64,000 bases of DNA from Schmidtea polychroa (lineage: Eukaryota). The position numbers and the translations under genes were made by a program. Where the stretch lies: assembly GCA_044892525.1 (NCBI GenBank), contig CM097886.1:21204001-21268000 (forward strand), in the 5' to 3' direction. Below are positions 24,887 through 39,200 of this stretch, piece after piece; the first letter of the stretch is position 1, and every line of letters starts with the position of its first letter. The notes under the pieces are model-generated. The model was not told the origin of the DNA and did no database searches. It saw only the letters and a program-made list of their open reading frames with translations.

Positions 24887-26977
24887 CAACGGTGGGCAAA
24901 TGCGGCTCTTCGTTGAGTAAACTGCGGCTCATTGATAATTGAATTTTTGATAATTGAATTTGAAAATTGAATTCGATTTTTTTATTTTGAAATTTTTTCA
25001 ACTGAATTTTTAAAAAAAAATTTTTTTGTTGCAATTGTATTTTCATAAATGTTAAAAATTAACGAAACATTGTTTTTCACATTTTACTGCTTTTTAAAAT
25101 TATTTTGTAGTAGGCGGCGCTTTGTTATAACAACGAGAGAGAAGCAATGAAAATAAATTTAGTGAAATTTAGTGAATTTTGATTAGTTAGTATTTTTGTT
25201 TGTACAATATTGCGGTCGTTTGTATATTTTAGTATAGTTTTCTATTCGTGTTTTTTGAAAAATTTGGTAAGAAGATTTTTTATGAAGCATTTTAAAATTT
25301 TAAATTAATTAAAATTAAATTTATGTCTTTTTATTATTTTGTTTAAATTTTAGTAATATAAGTTATTCAAATTTATTATTACAATGACCTCAGAAAACAT
25401 CAAAAAACGAAAATACAAACAAGAAAATAGAACTTTTCAAGAAGAATGGACAGAGAATTGTACATTCAGTTTAGCTCTCGACGAGTCTACTGACATTCAG
25501 GATGTTCCACAATTAGCCGTTTTTGTCCGCTTTGTATCTTCTGACGTAAAAGTTAAGGAAGAAATTTTAGACCTAGTAGCTCTTAAAGAAACAACTCGTG
25601 GTATCGATGTCAAAACTGCGCTTGATGTAGTGATGGACAAGTTTGAATTGGCGTGTGATAAACTTGTAAGTGTTGCGACAGACGGAGCGCCTGCAATGAT
25701 GGGAAAAATCAAGGTCTCATTGGTCTTTTAAACAGAGATCCAAATATTCCTCATTTCTTATCTCTTCAATGCATAATTCATCGCGAGCATCTCATAGCGA
25801 AGTACTTTAAATACGAAAATGTGTGGAAGATTGTTTTGAAGATTGTGAATTTAATTAGAACAAATGCCAAAACACATCGTCAATTTAAAAACCTTTTAGA
25901 AGAATTAAGATTAAATGATGAAACAGATGAATTGCCCAATGATGTCTCCTTATGGTGTATTGTTAGATGGCTGTCAACTTACAATGTTTTGGACCGTTTT
26001 GTGGAACTCCTAAATCCTATCATAATATTTACCAAAGAAAAAGGAATAGCATACCCAGAATTAGAAAATGAAACTTGGCTTTCTGACTTAATGTTCCTTA
26101 CAGACATTATGGAACATTTGCAAATATTAAATTTGGCTTTACAAGGAAAAGAAAAGATAATTATTGATTTGTCACAAACGTTATTTAGTTTTGAAGCTAA
26201 ACTTCGGCTTTTTGTGAACGATCTTAGGTCGAAAATATTTAATCATTTTCCACGAATAAAAGCTAATAAAATTGATATCACAGAAAAAAAAGTAAACGAA
26301 TACAGTGAAAAATTGCAAGAATTGCAAGCGGATTTCAAATGTAGGTTTGAAGATTTGAAAAGTTTTAAATCTACATTTGCATTTTTTGTGAACCCATTTA
26401 TTTGTGATATTATTGAAGATGGATTTCCAATTTCTGAAGTAATACTTGTTAAAAAAGCGGTTGGGGAATTGGAGTTATTAGATATGAAAGAGGACCAGGC
26501 TTTGCAAATGCACCATAAAGTTACTTCTATAATTGAATTTTGGAAACTCGTACCAGAGGCAAAATATCCACACTTAAAACAAGCTGCTTGCCGTCTAATT
26601 TCAATTTTTGGTACAACATATTGTTGTGAATCTTTGTACTCCACAATGAAGTTCGTGAAGTCGAAATATCGTTCAGAGTTGACCAATCAGCATCTTACAG
26701 AATTGCTGCGAACAGCTTTAACAAAGTATACACCAAATTTGAAAGATTTGACCAAAAGTCTTCGTTAATTCAAGAAATTTTATTACTTTTTATTAATGGA
26801 TTTTTATTATATTTTATGTTTGTTACTTAAATTTTGAAATAATTGTTTTTAATAGCGTTTAAGTCTTTTTTAATCAAATTAATGAAATAAAAAAAATATG
26901 TAGTTCACTATGGTGGCTCTTTAAAAAATAAATTTTCGGAAAATGTCTCTCATTGAACTCATGCGTGCCCACCCTTG
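24887..26977 (+). mobile_element. Internally deleted Buster-type hAT, 2091 bp, 8-bp TSD CTATATAC
   Basis: TIRs CAACGGTGGGCA / TGCCCACCCTTG; TSD at 24879-24886 and 26978-26985. Confidence 0.92.
25384..26768 (+). pseudogene. Buster/GTF2IRD2-like hAT transposase with N-terminal deletion and frameshift
   Basis: RTFQEEW joined directly to SLALDESTD; VATDGAPAM, CIVRWLS, IFGTTYCCESLYSTMK motifs; split into ORFs 25384-25731 and 25821-26768. Confidence 0.9.
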
Positions 26978-27236
26978 CTATATACATATTAAAAATTATA
27001 TAAGAAAAATTATTAAAAAATTAATAAAAAATTAAGCTAGAAAAATTAATAGAAAATTATTCATATGATGAATATCTTTGTATAAGAAAACTCAATACAT
27101 ATATTAAAAATTATGTATTGTTTTCTTATAAAATAGAATAAAAATTGCATATTCAGCAAAAGGACTATTTTCTGAAAAAAATAAAAAGCGATATAAATTA
27201 AGACTGAAGTTCAAAGATTTTTCTATCCATAATTAC

Positions 27237-28434
27237 CTAATCCAAGCGAATTTCTAATTTACGTGAACTTTTTGCTAGTTCATCTAGAACTGCATCTGTA
27301 GAAATCGCGACATTACGATGAATATTAAGTAACGATAATCCATTTAACCTATCTTCACTCATTGTGTTGCGTAAATACGTTTTAAGTCGTCTCAATGTTG
27401 AAAAAGATCGTTCACTGCTTGATGTTGTAACTGGTAGTGTAGCAAAAATTTTAAGTAATTTTCGAACAGTTGGGAAAATTGAATCGTCGCATGCTAAAAA
27501 TGCATTATGAGCATTTTTTGGTGTATTCGAAGAATTTAAAACATGGCACCACCATAGCTTCAGCTCACCAATGCCCTCAACTATGCTACAGTTTGTAATA
27601 CTATTATATTTTTCTAAAAGGATTTTTGCAGAATTTTCATGCTCTGATGAAAAGTTTTGTTCATTTGGCAAAAGACACATAAAACTTTGCAATATATTTT
27701 TATGTTTCAGAAACCGATCGTGAATTTGCATCTTTGTAGAATCCACAAAAGGAATGAAGATGGCAATATGATAATACTCTTCAGGATTTTCAACTACAAT
27801 GTTGCAGCGATGAACTTGTCATCCGGTTAGACGAGGAATTCGTATTTCTACATTAAGTTCGTCACATATTTTCTTGACGTCACTGAAAATGGTATTAAAT
27901 TGCTTTTCTATTTCGCGCCGTGTTTCATCTAGCACCTCTTCAACATTTTCTGCCAGTCCCATTGCAGCGGCCAGATCAAGATTTATTGTTTGTAGTAATC
28001 GACTTAGCGGTAGGGTTATAGCAAAAACCTTGGCAAGAACATGAAGCGATACTTGAAATTCTGTACTCCTAATAACAGATAGAAGCTGAATTGCAGAAGA
28101 AGAAGTTGTTTTGTCATCCCATTCAGAAATAATTTCCATTGCAGAAATTGCAGCTTTTTGAAGCTCCATAAAAACTAGGACGGACTCGTGGCGTTGAATC
28201 CATCGTGTGGGACATATTTGTTTTAGTCGCGTTGCTGTTGATTCAGATTCCATTTGGTCTATACAATTTTTTAGCACGGCTTGGCGCTTTGGGGTGTTAA
28301 AAAAATTGTACACACTTCCGAGTGATCCTATACAATTTCGTATAAATGAAATTTCACAAGCATCAGAAATAGCGAGGTTTAAACTATGAGATGCAGTGTA
28401 CATATAAAGCTAGCTTATTTTCATCACTAACATA
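27237..28434 (-). pseudogene. hAT transposase, C-terminal half (downstream of the 15.4-kb insertion)
   Basis: H-(C)-ASHSLNLA, CPTRWIQRH, TLPVTTSSSERSFSTLRRLKTYLRNTMSEDRLNGLSLLNIH. Confidence 0.92.
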
Positions 28435-29389
28435 AGTAGGTAGTTAGGAACCTACGGCAGCAATGACCCCCCCCCTGCTGCCGTAATTTTTTTTTGCGTT
28501 CAGGGATTTTTGGTCCAAATTTTTTTTTCAGACTATAGTGAGGGGGTCTCGATGGTCCTGGGATTTTCAATACAAAAAGGCGGTCTCAATAAAAAAGCCA
28601 AGGATTTTTCAGAAAAAATTTTTTTCAATACAAAAAGGCGGTCTTCAATAAAAAAGCATGGTAATTTAAGGTCTCAGGATATTTTCAATAGAAAAAGGCG
28701 GTCTTCAATAAAAAACAGTGGTAATTTAAGGTCTCAGGATATTTTCAATACAAAAATCCGATTATCATTAAAAAAGCATGGATTTTTCTAGGTCAATTCA
28801 GGTGGGTCTTCTTGGTCCTGAGAATTTCAATAGAAAAAGGCGGTTTACACTAAAAAACGTGGTAAATTTTTTAAAATAAAGCAAATTATGGTCCTAAAAA
28901 ATTAAATTATGGTCTAAAAATTGAATTACAGTAAATTATCGGCTCAGATTTTTCAATTAAAGTAAATTATGGTCCAGATTTTAAAATTAAAGTAAATTTA
29001 GGTTCTAAAAAATTAAATTAAAGTTAATTAAGGTCCAAATTTTAAAATTAAGTAATCAAAGTAAAAAATTTTAAATAAGTAAATTATAGTAATAATTTTT
29101 AAATAAGTAATGTAATAAGTAAATTAAAGTAAGATTTTTAAATTTATATTACAAAAAGTTGAAATAATAGAAGGTGTTTGAGAATTGAAATTTTTTAATG
29201 AAAATTTTTATGAAATATTTTTCAATGATAATTTTTAATGGAAATTTTTATGGATTAATTTTTTAAGTAATTTTTAATGGAAATTTTTATGAAATAATTT
29301 TTTTAAGTAACTTTTAATAGAAATTTTAATGAAATATTTTTCAATTGTTATTTTTATGAAATATTTTTCAAAGACAAATTTTAATAATA

Positions 29390-29950
29390 ATTCAACAACA
29401 AACCAACAACTTAGTACCAACAACCAGTAACTTACGAACATGTATTTACAACGGGATACCTACAACCAGCTAAAACAAGTTACCTGATACCAACTACTTA
29501 CAACCCACAACAACCAGGTACTAAGCATTATTAACCAACTACTAAGTACCTACAACCAACTAGCTACCAACTACCAACTACTTACAACCCACAACAACCA
29601 GGTACTAAGCATTATTAACCAACTACTAAGTACCTACAACCAACTAGGTAATAGATACCAAGTACTTACAACCGACAACAACCAGGTACTAAGCATTAAT
29701 TACCAACTACTAACAACCCACAACAACCAACTACTAAGTACCTACAACCAACTACCAAGTACTATCAACCAGCTAACAACTAGATACCAAGTACTAACAA
29801 CCCACAACAACCAACTAACTACCACCTACCAAGTACATACAACCAACATCAACCAGGTACTAAGCATTAATTACCAACTACTAAGTACCTACCAAGTACA
29901 AGGTACCTAGTACTAAGCACTGTTAACTAGATACCAAGTACTTACAACCA
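29390..29950 (+). repeat. G-poor CAACCAACTACTAAGTACC-type low-complexity tract (mirror ~41170-42060; second pair ~31190-31690 and ~39480-40000)
   Basis: Strongly strand-skewed degenerate repeats, inverted in the opposite arm. Confidence 0.85.
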
Positions 29951-32900
29951 CATAAATTATTGGTTAAATAGGTAAATTAATGTTTAATTTTTAAATTAAC
30001 TAATCAATGATCTAAAATATTAAAGTTTAGGATGAAAGTTTTCAATGTTAATTTTATATGCAAATCTTCGTCAATTAATCAATGACCACATGAAATTATT
30101 AGTTAAATATGAAAATAAGGGTTATAATTAGTTGTTTAGTAAATTATGGTGTAAAATTAAGTAATAAAGGATAAATAGGTAAATTAAGGATAAGTAAATT
30201 AAAGTTAAAAATTTGAAATAAATAAATTAAGGTTCAAAATTTTAAATTAAAGAAAACAATGGTTTAAATTTTATATTAAAGCTAAATGAGAAAATAAAAG
30301 TAATAATTTTTAAATAAGTAATGTAATAAGTAAATTAAAGTAAGATTTTAAATTTATTATCAAAAGATTGAAAAAACCACCAACTTTTTTGAGAAATGTA
30401 ATTTTTAATGAAAATTTAAATGGAATTTTTTTTTAAGTTAATTTTAAATGTAAAATTTTTTAAGTTAATTTTAATGAAATAGTTTTCAAAGTNNNNNNNN
30501 NNNNNNNNNNNNNNNNNNNNNNNNNNNNNNNNNNNNNNNNNNNNNNNNNNNNNNNNNNNNNNNNNNNNNNNNNNNNNNNNNNNNNNNNNNNNNNNNNNNN
30601 NNNNNNNNNNNNNNNNNNNNNNNNNNNNNNNNNNNNNNNNNNGTTACTAAATATTTTTAACTAGGTGCTAACAAATACTTTCAACATGATACCACGTACT
30701 AACTAACTCTCAAACATCCAAGTAAAAACAACTAACTACTTACAATCAACTAAATATTCTTTATTGTATTTTATGAAATGCTTTTTAAATTAATTTTTTA
30801 TACAGCTTCTATAATAATTTTATTTACAATCAGTATAAAAAACTTTTCAAAATGTCTAAATTTAACAAAAATGTTGATTTTAGCCCAAAAAATAAATAAT
30901 TGTCAACTCATCACCACGTGGAATTCAAAATAATTTAAATTACAATGAAAGACTAATGAATTATAATTTACAAAACATTCTTCTTTTAAATGATAACTAC
31001 TGACTTATTATTGCAAAGTAAAAATCTCATTCAATAAATACTTATTGTTGATCAGTTTTATTATATATACTCTGAGTTTATCCGACAGGATGTTTTGACC
31101 CCCTAAGGGTACAGGTCGTAAGGGTACTGGTCGTAAGGGTATTAGTCGTAAAGGTACTAGTCGTAAGGGTATTGGTAACACTCAACCCCCCACATACCCA
31201 TTAACTAGCTACTAAGTACTAACAACCAGCTAACAACTAGATACAATGTACTATCAACCAACATCAACCAGGTACTAAGCATTATCAACCTACAACTATA
31301 TAACAACAATCAGTAAACAACACTGTACCAACTACCAAATATAAGATACCAACAACATAGTATCATCAACCAGTAACTTACGAACATGTACTAACAACCA
31401 ACAATCAAGTACTAACAAATTGATCTTTAAAAGAAAATCCTCTTCACTTGCAATATTGATCACACTCAATACCACCTACTCATTAATTAACAACCATGTA
31501 CTAACAACTAGGTTTCAAACAACTAAATACTAAACACTTACAACCAGATACCTACAACTAGTTACTAACAACCACCATCAAAACCCATCGAGAAATTAAC
31601 ATATATCAACTATAGAACAACAATCAGTAAACAACTTAGTACCAACTACCAAATACAACAAACCAACAACTTAGTACCAACAATCAACTAACCACTCATA
31701 AAAATAATAACAATTAAATACAAAATATTCTTCATCAAATACAATATCTTCTTATCAAAATCTAAAAAGTCAACCAACTACTTACAACCAACAACTATGT
31801 ATTAACAAATTGATCTTTAAAAGAAAATACTCATCACTTGAAAAATTGGATGGAAAATTAATTGAACTCAAGGCATCAATAACTTGGTAAAAATTGATTA
31901 AATAATTGTAAAAATTTAAATTATTCAAAATAAATATCATAAAAATTTAATTAATGGACAAAAAAGAACATTAAATTTGAATCATTAATCATCCAGTAAA
32001 TAAAAAAATACTGATCATTCAAGTTAATATGAATCAACTAAGATAATAAATTAATGAGATAAGATTTAGTAAATAATTGATTTAGATTGAATAAATTAAT
32101 TGAAATAAAATTAATTTTAATTATTTTTTTGTAAAAGTAATACATGTACTCAAAATGATTGACTGATTGCTCAATATATTCAAAAAATCAGTATAAATTC
32201 ATTACAATTATCAAAGTCATCAATCTACAATAAAAATAATTATCATTAAATTCCAAAAGAGACTAGATAACTAATGATAACATCTAATAAACCAGTAAAT
32301 TCATTTAAATGACAATAATTGGTATAGCCAAGTGAATTCTCCAATAAAATCATCTAAAAAGAATCATTTTCCCTGAAATATCTCCGTCTTTTAAGATTAG
32401 TATCTTATCGATAAGTACTTGTTAAAGATCATATATTCACCTCAAACTAAAAAGATTCCTTAAAATCCCTTAAATGACTATATTTCAACCCTTAATTCGT
32501 ATTATTACAAATATCATCTAAAAAGCATCAAATTTCATTGAAATAACTCTATCCTTAAAGATTGATATTTTAATGATAAGTACCCGTAAAAGATCATATA
32601 TTCCCCTCAGACTAATAAGATTGCTTAAAATCCCCTGAAATGACTATAATTCTAACTTTAATTCCTATTATCATACATATTTCACTATTGATAAAACCAG
32701 TTATAATTAAATTTTTGTTAATCACTGTAAATTTTTGTAAATCACTGTACTCGAAATTTAAAATAAATATAACTGACTAGGTCACATTGAAAGATTAAAT
32801 TTATCCATTCAATAAAATATATTTCTTCAAATGGTCAACTTTTGTCGTTGTCCGCCTAAATAAAGATAAAAATAATTTAAAGTTGATATCAATCCCAATT

Positions 32901-33069
32901 ATCTGTAAAGTTTTCATTGTCAAAACCAAGTAAATCGATCATTATCCCTACTTAATAAAACATTGTTCTAAATTAATTTATTGTGCATTAATCACAACCT
33001 AATAAAACGATATAATTATTATTGATTCATAACTGACTAATTGCAATTTCCCTTAAAACATTGATATTT

Positions 33070-33340
33070 TACCAACATACTTAAAAAATCATATTTTTCC
33101 CATCTTAACCCATCTCTCATTAAATTAAATCGACTATATCTCCCTTACAATGATATATTCCCATCTTAACCCATCTCTCATTAAATTTAACCGACTATAT
33201 CCCCTTAAAAAGATCATATTTTCCCACCTTATCCGATCCCTCATTAAATCTAAACCGACAAAATCCCATTTTATCCGATCTCTCACCAAATATTTCTACC
33301 CTTTTAAACATCTATCCGATTATATCCCTTATTTTCCCTA
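33070..33340 (+). repeat. ~57-bp degenerate tandem repeat (CCCATCTTAACCCATCTCTCATTAAAT...), mirror ~37770-37960
   Basis: Units at ~33098, 33160, 33223. The 63-aa ORF 33150-33341 is repeat-derived. Confidence 0.75.
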
Positions 33341-34089
33341 AAGATTCCACCCACTTGAGCCTTTTAATATAAATCAATCCTCTTAAAATCCTCAGAGAAC
33401 TTCAAAAATATGACTTTTAATTAATTGTTATAGGAACCAGACATATAATAAGAGCCCACTAAAAGATCAAAATTCACTAAAGTTTTCTACAAATATTTAC
33501 CATCAAATACTGGAGATGATATATATTGTTTGATCATAATTCTTCAGCTATTCAACCAATCATTTTCAAGCACTATCAGCAAACTAAATTTCAGTTTCCT
33601 ACAATAATTATCAAGTAAATTTAAAGTCCTTGATAAAGTTAACTGGTTTCTTAGCTTATGTTTTTTAAAGATCATCAATGTGTAAATATTCTTAGAAAAT
33701 TATTGAAAACATTATTTAGTCAAATACATTACAAAGTTATCATCAAAAATCACTTAATTATTAACCCAATTGTCAATGAAATTAATTTTTATTTAAAAAC
33801 TATTCAATAAAATACCACTAATTATCAAGAAATTAATTAAATTTATCAATTAAATTTATCAATTAAATTTATCACCATTAAAACTTTTAATCAGTCAACA
33901 TGAAATTCTTAGAAAATTATTCAATATCCTCATCAAAATTTATCCTATCACTTGATTATTGTACAAACTTTAATTATTAACCTCATTGAAAATAATTTTT
34001 ATTTAAAATTAAAAAACAAGTCAATAAAAATACATCCAATTATCAAGAAATTAATTAAATTTATTTTAGAATTAACATTAAATTATTAA

Positions 34090-34310
34090 AAATTCACGAA
34101 AATGATAGAAATCCACAAAAATTACAAATATTCACAAAAAATTATGGAAATTCATGAAAATGATGGAAATTCACAAAAAACGATAAAAATTCACAAAAGT
34201 GATAGAAATCTGCAAAAATCAAAGAAATTCACAAAAATGATAAAAATCCACAAAAAACGATAAAAATTCACAAAAATGATAGAAATTCACAAAAATGATA
34301 GAAATTTACT
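34090..34310 (+). repeat. GAAATTCACAAAAATGATA-type minisatellite (shorter mirror ~36915-37025)
   Basis: Repeated ~20-bp units; copy number differs between arms. Confidence 0.8.
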
Positions 34311-35119
34311 TGAATATTTACTAAAACCATCAACTTTAAAAATTATCAATGCCTTAAACAACAAATTTGCCTAAATAATCATTCACATAAAAGCATTAAA
34401 TACCTTAAAGACTAATACCCTTACGACATGTTGAATGTGAGTAGACCCTTGTGAGCAATACCCATAGGGGGACAGAATATTTTGTCGGATAAACTCAGAG
34501 TATATATTAATTACCTCATTCAAATTTTTCATTGAATTAGTAAAATTATCATAAATTTCGATAAAAATTCTAAAGTGGTAAGCAATTGTAGGATAAAAAG
34601 ACAATTATTCTTTAAACTATGATAAAATTAACAATGAAGGTGGTAAGAATCTTCATTCAAGTGAGGAAATTATTCATTACTCGATGATAAATTCAAATGG
34701 GTGAAAATAATTGGTAGAATAATTCATTAATGGAGGTAAATACTGAGAATGGGCATAGATAAGAAGAAGGTTGATAAGAATGGAAATATATTAATTGAAT
34801 TTATTTAAAATTCTTTCATAAAATTCATAAATTTAATAAAAAAAAAACTTTTAAAACAAATATTTGTGGGGATATTTTTAGTAAATAATTAATAAAAATC
34901 GGCGGAATATTAGTGAATAAATATCAAGGGTGGGGGTTATAGGCGAATAATTAATTGAAAATCGGGAGGTTATAAGTGATTAATTAGTGGAAAATCGAGG
35001 GGATACAAATGATTAAATAGTGGAAAATTGGGGAATATAAGTGAGGAGGATATATAATTTAAACTATTTTATTACATAACAGGCCGTAACTATTTTATTA
35101 CATAACAAGCTGTGAATGG

Positions 35120-36235
35120 TATTTGAATAAGAAATATGGAGTAGGTCTTTTTTTTTAAAATTTTTGACTAAATTAAATTCTAAAATAATAACTAATTATT
35201 ACTAAAATGTTTTAATTTACATTATGTATTTTAAAAACAATTATCATAAAAGAAAATAATATATATATTACCCTTTTCATTCAAAATAAGTTGAATATTC
35301 AAATATAAGTCTTAGAAAATATTTAATATAAGGTATTTTATTGAGAATTATTGATTAGGTCTTTTTTTTTTAATTTTTGAATAAGTACTTTAATACCTTA
35401 ATAATTTAAATGTTTTGATTTACACTAAATAATTTCTAAATCAATTACCCTTTTCAATCAAAATAAGTTAATATTCAAATATAAGTCTTAGAAAATATAA
35501 ATTTTATAAGTTTTTCAAATTTTCAAATAATGTAAATAAGAAATTAATCTATTACCAGTTATATACTTTAAAACTTATTGATGGAATAAGAAAAAAGTTT
35601 TGTTGTATAAGTCCTTTAATATTGTAATAATTATTTATTAATAAATTTATAATTTTACGTTAAATATTTCATAAACAATTATCATATTATTAATTATATT
35701 ACCCTTTTTAATCAAATAGATGACTTTTATAAAATACAATTAAAATTAAATACTTTAAACTAAATTTAAAAATATAAATTTTATAAGTAAATGTAAATAA
35801 GAAATTAGTGTATTAGCAGTTATAGACTTTTTAAACTTATTTATTAGGCAATAGATAATAAAAGTTACTTTTTTTTTCAAAAAGTCCTCTAATATTGTAT
35901 TCTATTTATTATTAAATTTACAATTTATACTAAAAAAATTCAATTTAGAAAACAATCATCATAATATTAAATATGAAACTTCAATCAAAATAAGCTAATA
36001 CTCAAATATGTGTCTTATAAAATACAATCAAAATTAAATACTTCACAAAATTTAAGTAAAGTTTTTAAATTCTCAAATAAATGTTAACAAGATATTAATT
36101 TATTAATCATTATAGACTTTTTAAACTTATTATTGGAATAAAGCAATAGAATGATATTCAAAATATATACAATTTTAAAATATAATTAAAATTAAATTAC
36201 ATACTTTAAATATTTGGTAAAATGTTGATAAAATA
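35120..36235. repeat. Central spacer of the palindrome, made of degenerate direct repeats (~270-bp period)
   Basis: TAAATGTAAATAAGAAATTA...TTATAGACTTTTTAAACTTAT recurs at ~35530, 35790, 36080; ATAAGTCTTAGAAAATAT at ~35305 and 35480. Confidence 0.65.
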
Positions 36236-39200
36236 CCTTTCACAGCTTGTTATGTAATAAAATAGTTTAAATTATATATCCTCCCCCAATTTTCCACTAT
36301 TTAATCATTTGTATCCCCTCGATTTTCCACTAATAAATCACTTATAAACCTCACCCCGATATTTAATCAATTATATTCCGCCGATTTTGATTAATAATTC
36401 ACTTAAAACATTCCCCACAAATATTTGTTTTAAGATTTTTTTTATTAAAGTGATAATTTTTAGAAAATAGTTGCAATACATCCATTCTTATCAACCTTCA
36501 TCTTATCTATGCCGCTTCTCAGTATTTACCTCCATTAATGAATTATTCTACCAATTATTTTCACCCATTTGAATTTATCATCGAGTAATGAATAATTTCC
36601 TCACTTGAATGAAGATTCTTACCACCTTCATTGTTAATTTTATCATAGTTTAAAGAATAATTGTCTTTTTATCCTACAATTGCTTACCACTTTAGAATTT
36701 TTATCGAAATTTATGATAATTTTAATAATTCAATGAAAAATTTGAATGAGGTAATTAATATATACTCTGAGTTTATCCGACAAAATATTTTGTCCCCCTA
36801 TGGGTATTGCTCACAAGGGTACTACTCACATTCAACATGTCGCAAGGGTACTGATCATTTAATGCTTTTATTTGAATGATTATTTAGGCAAATTTGTTTA
36901 AGGCATTCATTGATAATTTTTGTGAATTTTTATCGTTTTTTGTGAATTTCCATCATTTTCATGAATTTCCATAATTTTTTGTGAATATTTGTAATTTTTG
37001 TGGATTTCTATCATTTTCGTGAATTTTTAATAATTTAATGCTAGTTCTAAGATAAATTTAATTAATTTCTTGATAATTGGATGTATTTTTATTGACTTGA
37101 TTTTTAATTTTAAATAAAAATTATTTTTAATGAGGTTAATAATTAGAGTTTGTACAATAATCAAGTGGTAGGATAAATTTTGATGAGGATATTGAATAAT
37201 TTTCTAAGAATTTCATGTTGACTGATTAAAAGTTTTAATGGTGATAAATTTAATTGATAAATTTAATTAATTTCTTGATAATTAGTTGTATTTTATTGAA
37301 TAGTTTTTAAATAAAAATTAATTTCATTGACAATTAGGTTAATAATTAAGTGATAGAATAAATTTTTGATGACTTTGTAATATATTTGACTAGATAATTT
37401 TTTTCAATAATTTTCTAAGAATATTTACACATTGATGATCTTTAAAAAAACATAAGCTAAGAAACCAATTAACTTTATCAAGGACTTTAAATTTACTTGA
37501 TAATTATTGTTGGATATACAGAAATTTAGTTTGTTGATAGTGCTTGAAAATGATTGGTTGAATAGCTGAAGAATTATGATCAAACAATAGATATCATCTC
37601 CAGTATTTGATGGTAAATATTTGTAGAAAATTTGAGTAAATTTTGATCTTTTAGTGGGCTCTTATTATTTGTCTGGTTCCTATAACAATTAATTAAAAGT
37701 CATATTTTTGAAGTTCTCTGAGGATTTTAAGAGGATTGATATATATTAAAGGGCTCAAGTGGGTGAAATCTTTAGGGAAATTAAGGGATATAGTCGGTTA
37801 GATGTTTAAAGAGGTAGAAATATTTGGTGAGAGATCGGTAAAGATGGGATATTGTCGGTTAAATTTAATGAGGGATGGGTTAAGATGGAAATATATCATT
37901 GGAAAGGAGATATAGTCGATTGATTTTAATGAAGGATGATGTTGGTCAAATATCAATGTTTTAAGGGAAATTGCAATTAGTCAGTTATGAATCAATAATA
38001 ATTATATTGTTTTATTAGGTTGTGATTAATTCATTGTATATTAATTTAGATTTATGTTTTAGAACAATGTTTTATAAAGTAGGGATAATGATCGATTTAC
38101 TTGGTTTTGACAATGAAATCTTTACAGATAATTGGGATTGACTTCAACTTTAATTTATTTTTATCTTTATTTAGGCGGAGAATGACAAAAGTTTAGAAAT
38201 ATGGACTTAAAACATCGACTAATGAAAATTGATCTTTAATCGAAGAAATTTATCGGGTGATTTTAATTAGTAATTAAATCGGTTGAATATTGGTAAAAAT
38301 GATCATTTGAAGAAATATATTTTATTGAATGGATAAATTTTATCTTTCAATGGGACATAGTCAGTTATATTGTACAGTAATAATTATTTTAAATTTCAAA
38401 TACAGTGATTTACAAAAATTTAATTAAAACCAGTTTTATCATTCGATTTTATAAATTATTTAGGGTTAATGACCAATTTATTTTACATGTTTTAAAAGGA
38501 AATATTCCTGATAATATGAATTAAAGTTAGAATTATAGTCATTTAAAGGGGATTTTAAGCAATCTTATTAGTCTGAGGTAAATATATAACCTTTTAAGGA
38601 TATTTATCGATAAGATACTAATCTTAAAAGATAGAGATATTTCAGGGAAATTTGATGCTTTTTAGATGATATTTGTAATAATATGAATTAAGGGTTGAAA
38701 TATAGTCATTTAAGAGATTTTAAGGAATCCTGTTAGTTTGAGGTGAATATATGATCTTTAACAAGTACTTATCGATAAGATACTAATCTTAAAAGATAGA
38801 GATATTTCAGAGAAAATGATTCTTTTTAGATTATTTTATTGGAGAATTCACTTGGATATACCAATTATTGTCATTTAAATGAATTTACTGGTTTATTAGA
38901 TGTTATCATTAGTTATCTAGTCTCTTTTGGAATTTAATGATAATTATTTTTATTGTAGATTGATGACTTTGATAATTGTAATGAATTTATACTGATTTTT
39001 GAATATATTGAGCAATCAGTCAATCAATTTGAGTACATGTATTACTTTTACAAAAATAATTAAAATTAATTTTATTTCAATTAATTTATTCAATCTATAT
39101 CAATTATATACTAGATCTTATTTATTAACTTAGTTGATTCACATTAACTTGAATGATCAATATTTTTTTATTTACTGGATGATTAATGATTAGAATTCTT

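Noticed and set aside
28435-28450. AGTAGGTAGTTAGG and the G-poor tracts resemble TTAGG telomeric repeats
   Set aside because: No tandem telomeric array; the motif is a single terminal 13-mer with a TSD, internal to the scaffold.
34383-36879. Near-identical 72-73 aa ORFs on opposite strands (MSFYPTIAYH...)
   Set aside because: Explained by the palindrome; TTG starts, divergent C-termini, and overlap with the TIR-like module. Used only as symmetry markers.
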